Shown in pieces: positions 5,031 to 6,728 of a stretch of DNA of 6,728 nt (the first letter of the stretch is position 1; each line of letters starts with the position of its first letter). Below the pieces are notes generated by a model. The model was not told the DNA's origin and searched no databases. It saw only the letters and a program-made list of their open reading frames with translations. Source of the stretch: a virus; the IMG/VR virus record IMGVR_UViG_3300010219_000029, positions 1 to 6,728 of that record; one strand, written 5' to 3'. The position numbers and the translations under genes were made by a program.

Positions 5031-5252
5031 GAACCTCAAAATCTCGCCCTTCTCAAAGCCTGCCATGAGCAGGCTTTTTTTATGTTTTGCCACTATCCGA
5101 TAATGACGCCGCTTGACCGCCCACCCATGACTGAGCCCCCGAGCATTACGGATGAACCAGTAGGCGTTGCGTATCTCGCGGCAGTGAAACTGCACCTGAT
5201 CAGGCGACAGCGAGTCGAAGGGAAATAGTTCTAATTGTTTTTGTTCGGACAT
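4953..5252 (-). CDS. Hypothetical 99-aa ORF overlapping the 3' end of rep and the 3' end of the convergent regulator gene. Coding status is uncertain.
   Basis: It is on the same strand as the operon, and its ATG lies 22 nt inside the end of rep. The N-terminal 60 aa look protein-like (MSEQKQLELFPFDSLSPDQVQFHCREIRNAYWFIRNARG...). Against it, there is no SD, the terminator hairpin at 5055-5081 sits inside the ORF, and the C-terminus is Cys/Arg-rich and overlaps the regulator gene by 78 nt. Confidence 0.3.
   Translation of the reverse strand: MSEQKQLELFPFDSLSPDQVQFHCREIRNAYWFIRNARGLSHGWAVKRRHYRIVAKHKKSLLMAGFEKGEILRFLRCCRRGCNASKCLSCAAQQSPSSI
5055..5081 (+). terminator. Rho-independent terminator for the plus-strand regulator gene.
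   Basis: aaagcctgc (5055-5063) pairs with gcaggcttt (5069-5077) to give a 9-bp stem with loop catga. It runs into a 7-T tract (5075-5081). Confidence 0.75.
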
Positions 5253-6157
5253 CTAACAACCGGAGGCGTAGCCACCCAACAGACGCCGAGACCCGAGTTA
5301 GAAAAGAACACCATGCCGTCATTGTTGGCTTGGACTGCCAACCGCAACACGTGCGTGTAAGCCTCGGCTTCCGTAGTTCCATAGGGAAGCTGGTAGTAAT
5401 TTTTTTCGGGCAGGACAATACCACGCGAGGACCAATAGCGCTTTTTGTTCAAATCCTGATCGCCCACGTCCTTGCCGATGTACTTAGCGATATAGCCCGC
5501 CAGCTTGTGAGCGCCATTCCTGCCAAAGCCAAAGCGATGCGGGTCGCGCACGTTCACTTGACCCATTTGCCGCCCCTGGCTGTCCTTACCCACGATGCTT
5601 TGCCAGATCGAACGCACCAGCTGATAAACCTGCCGCCCGCGCACCGCTATGTGAATGTGGTAAGCGCCCCTCTCTTGCTTCTCAATGGTCGCCACGTATT
5701 GGAAGCCTGCCGCCTTACCCATGCGACGCCGGAACGCATCAAAATTCTTTTGAAGCCTTTCCATGTCTTGCATGTTCTCCCGATAGGTCAGCGTAATCAT
5801 CCGGTCAGCGCCAAGAGTCTTACAGCGATGCCTTACAGCCTGTTTAGCGCGTTTTACCGCGTCCTTAATGTTCCCCTCGCGGTTCTCAGATTCGCCGCGC
5901 TTGGAGCGATTTAAAGGCTTTCCGAGCTTGTTGTGACTAACCCACTTGGACGCGCAAATTTCGCGCTGGCCATCCGGAAATTCGCGGTCGTACACCATCC
6001 AGCGCGTAGTGAACACACCGCCATCCAGTTCACGCTGAATGTCTGCCGCCGTGGGCAAAAATTCTTGATCGGACTCAGGCCCGAATTCCGATGCTATTGC
6101 AGCATCGAAGCTATCCGTTACAATCGCGGTCATTGGCAGAACCCCTTTTTCTGTCAT
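5231..6157 (-). CDS. Rolling-circle replication initiation protein (HUH endonuclease superfamily, gene II / phiX174 A-like motif set).
   Basis: Motif 1 is MITLTY (aa 120-125). Motif 2 is the HUH element YHIHIAV (aa 166-172, nt about 5639-5659). Motif 3 is the two-tyrosine element GYIAKYIGK (aa 221-229), matching the YxxKY catalytic motif of phiX174 gpA-type Reps. It is the first gene after the intergenic region. An alternative start at 6133 (M9) has a better RBS (aaagggg 8 nt upstream). Confidence 0.85.
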   Translation of the reverse strand: MTEKGVLPMTAIVTDSFDAAIASEFGPESDQEFLPTAADIQRELDGGVFTTRWMVYDREFPDGQREICASKWVSHNKLGKPLNRSKRGESENREGNIKDAVKRAKQAVRHRCKTLGADRMITLTYRENMQDMERLQKNFDAFRRRMGKAAGFQYVATIEKQERGAYHIHIAVRGRQVYQLVRSIWQSIVGKDSQGRQMGQVNVRDPHRFGFGRNGAHKLAGYIAKYIGKDVGDQDLNKKRYWSSRGIVLPEKNYYQLPYGTTEAEAYTHVLRLAVQANNDGMVFFSNSGLGVCWVATPPVVRCPNKNN

Positions 6158-6162
6158 TCACG

Positions 6163-6196
6163 GCCCGGAAGGTTTGCAGACCTTGCCGGGCTTTTT
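6163..6196 (+). terminator. Strong GC-rich hairpin plus T5 on the plus strand, abutting the rep start. It could be a plus-strand (antisense) terminator, or a structure masking the rep 5' end on the minus strand.
   Basis: gcccggaaggt (6163-6173) pairs with accttgccgggc (6180-6191) to give 11 bp with one bulged G and loop ttgcag. TTTTT follows at 6192-6196. The hairpin ends 5 nt from the ATG at 6157. Confidence 0.45.
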
Positions 6197-6404
6197 CATT
6201 ACGTCCTCAGAGTGAGCGGAGCCGTGTCCCTTGCCCCGCCCTTTTCCCTGTTTCCGTTAAGTGTCCCTGATACAAGTTTAGGCGCTCGCTTCGCTCGCGC
6301 CGGGTCATGCGCGCTTCGCTTTCCGCATGCCCCGTCGCGGCAGCGCGGCGCTGTCAACATGCCCACGGCCACATCAAAGCCGGTTTGCAACCGTCCGGGG
6401 GCAG

Positions 6405-6458
6405 CGTGTCCTCCGTGTCCTCCATGCACTCCGTGTCCTCCGTGTCCTCCGTGTCCTC
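6405..6458. repeat. Tandem array of six 9-bp units with consensus CGTGTCCTC.
   Basis: The units are 6405-6413, 6414-6422, 6423-6431 (variant CATGCACTC), 6432-6440, 6441-6449 and 6450-6458. Five of the six are identical. Confidence 0.9.
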
Positions 6459-6459
6459 C

Positions 6460-6518
6460 AAGGGGGCGCATGCGCTGTCCTACGTGTCTTTCAGCACTGG
6501 CAGCACATGCGCCCCCTT
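6460..6518. other. Hairpin with a perfect 13-bp stem and a 33-nt loop, lying between the two repeat arrays. It is a candidate origin or nick-site structure.
   Basis: aagggggcgcatg (6460-6472) pairs perfectly with catgcgccccctt (6506-6518). The stem can extend by pairs 6474-6477/6501-6504. The loop carries degenerate copies of both flanking repeat units: cgctgtcct, acgtgtctt, tcagcact and ggcagcac. Confidence 0.8.
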
Positions 6519-6520
6519 TC

Positions 6521-6567
6521 CGGCACTGCGGCACTTCGGCACTCCGGCATTGCGGCACTCCGGCACG
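6521..6567. repeat. Tandem array of six 8-bp units with consensus CGGCACTN.
   Basis: The units are cggcactg (6521), cggcactt (6529), cggcactc (6537), cggcattg (6545), cggcactc (6553) and cggcacg (6561, truncated). Confidence 0.9.
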
Positions 6568-6673
6568 CTGTAGCACCGATATGCAGGAAGAACGACCACA
6601 CACGAAAAGCCCAATTTGAGGCACCGCTACGCGATGCCTTAACGCCGCATGCGCCCGTAGTCCTAACCCGCTT

Positions 6674-6728
6674 CCCATCCCGTCAGTCCGTCGCCTATTC
6701 GTCACACGATAAGCGGCGCGGGCAGGGC
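6674..6728. repeat. Terminal overlap copy B, identical to 1-55.
   Basis: The 55/55 identity with 1-55 ends exactly at the last base of the window. Confidence 0.9.

Larger units (their letters stand above)
1..6673 (-). mobile_element. Complete circular filamentous-phage (Inoviridae-like) genome unit, 6,673 bp. The main operon is on the window minus strand, so the packaged viral strand is probably the complement of the strand shown.
   Basis: There is an exact 55-bp overlap at the two window ends. The module order Rep, ssDNA-binding-like, small peptide, major coat, small peptide, pIII-like, pVI-like, Zot/pI lies on one strand with coupled stop/start codons. A single large structured intergenic region is present. 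Confidence 0.8.

Noticed and set aside
5762-5773. A gene-X-like in-frame internal start within rep (M129/M132, preceded by gggaga).
   Set aside because: The SD spacing is poor for the first ATG. The resulting product would still include the HUH and Tyr motifs, unlike Ff pX, which is only the C-terminal third of pII. Nothing in the sequence alone supports internal initiation.
5330-5914. A plus-strand 194-aa ORF antisense to rep, and minus-strand alternative-frame ORFs inside genes: 5200-5424, 4736-5014, 3295-3480, 2478-2711 and 1461-1760.
   Set aside because: They are fully embedded in, or opposite to, genes with clear motifs (HUH Rep, HTH regulator, pIII-like, Zot). They have no independent start signals and their composition does not look like protein.
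6405-6567. Could the short tandem repeats be a CRISPR array?
   Set aside because: The units are only 8-9 bp and directly abut with no spacers. CRISPR repeats are about 24-48 bp and are separated by unique spacers of similar length. No cas genes are present.
5933-6705. Long ORFs across the intergenic region: 5933-6619 plus strand (228 aa), 6199-6705 minus strand (168 aa) and 6307-6573 plus strand (88 aa).
   Set aside because: Their length comes from GC-rich, stop-poor DNA. Their striking low-complexity segments (CPPCPPCTPCPPCPPCPP, HGGHGGHGVHGGHGGH, SSVSSMHSVSSVSSVSS) are simply the 9-bp tandem repeats read in three frames. The composition is Arg/Gly/Ala/Pro-dominated, no RBS is present, and the ORFs run through hairpins and the terminal overlap.

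Overview
The window is one complete circular replicon of 6,673 bp, written linearly with an exact 55-bp end overlap (1-55 = 6674-6728). Its gene content and order are those of a filamentous ssDNA phage (Inoviridae-like). One strand, the window minus strand, carries in order: an HUH rolling-circle Rep (5231-6157), a doubtful 99-aa ORF, a gene-V-like ssDNA-binding protein, a 49-aa membrane peptide, the major coat protein, a 41-aa membrane peptide, a 120-aa membrane protein, a pIII-like adsorption protein, a pVI-like protein and a Zot/pI-like assembly ATPase (569-1600). The two small peptides are below the ORF-track cutoff. From the ssDNA-binding gene to the 120-aa gene, and again from the pIII-like gene to pI, consecutive genes are joined by overlapping or abutting stop/start codons (TAATG, ATGA, TGATG, TGAtATG). 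Only two credible genes lie on the plus strand. One is a Cro/CI-type HTH regulator with a possible C-terminal membrane segment (4614-5030), wedged antisense between the rep and structural modules and followed by a clean terminator. The other is a basic 98-aa ORF (267-563) convergent with zot, in the usual cargo position. I see no secretin (pIV), integrase or transposase. The roughly 780-bp intergenic region (6158-6673 plus 1-266) is the most unusual part. It holds a roughly 180-nt imperfect hairpin spanning the circular junction. It also holds two different six-copy tandem repeat arrays (9-bp and 8-bp units) flanking a hairpin with a 13-bp stem, whose loop contains degenerate copies of both units. 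This is a candidate replication or packaging control region. All functional calls rest on motifs, architecture and synteny read by eye; no database search was possible.
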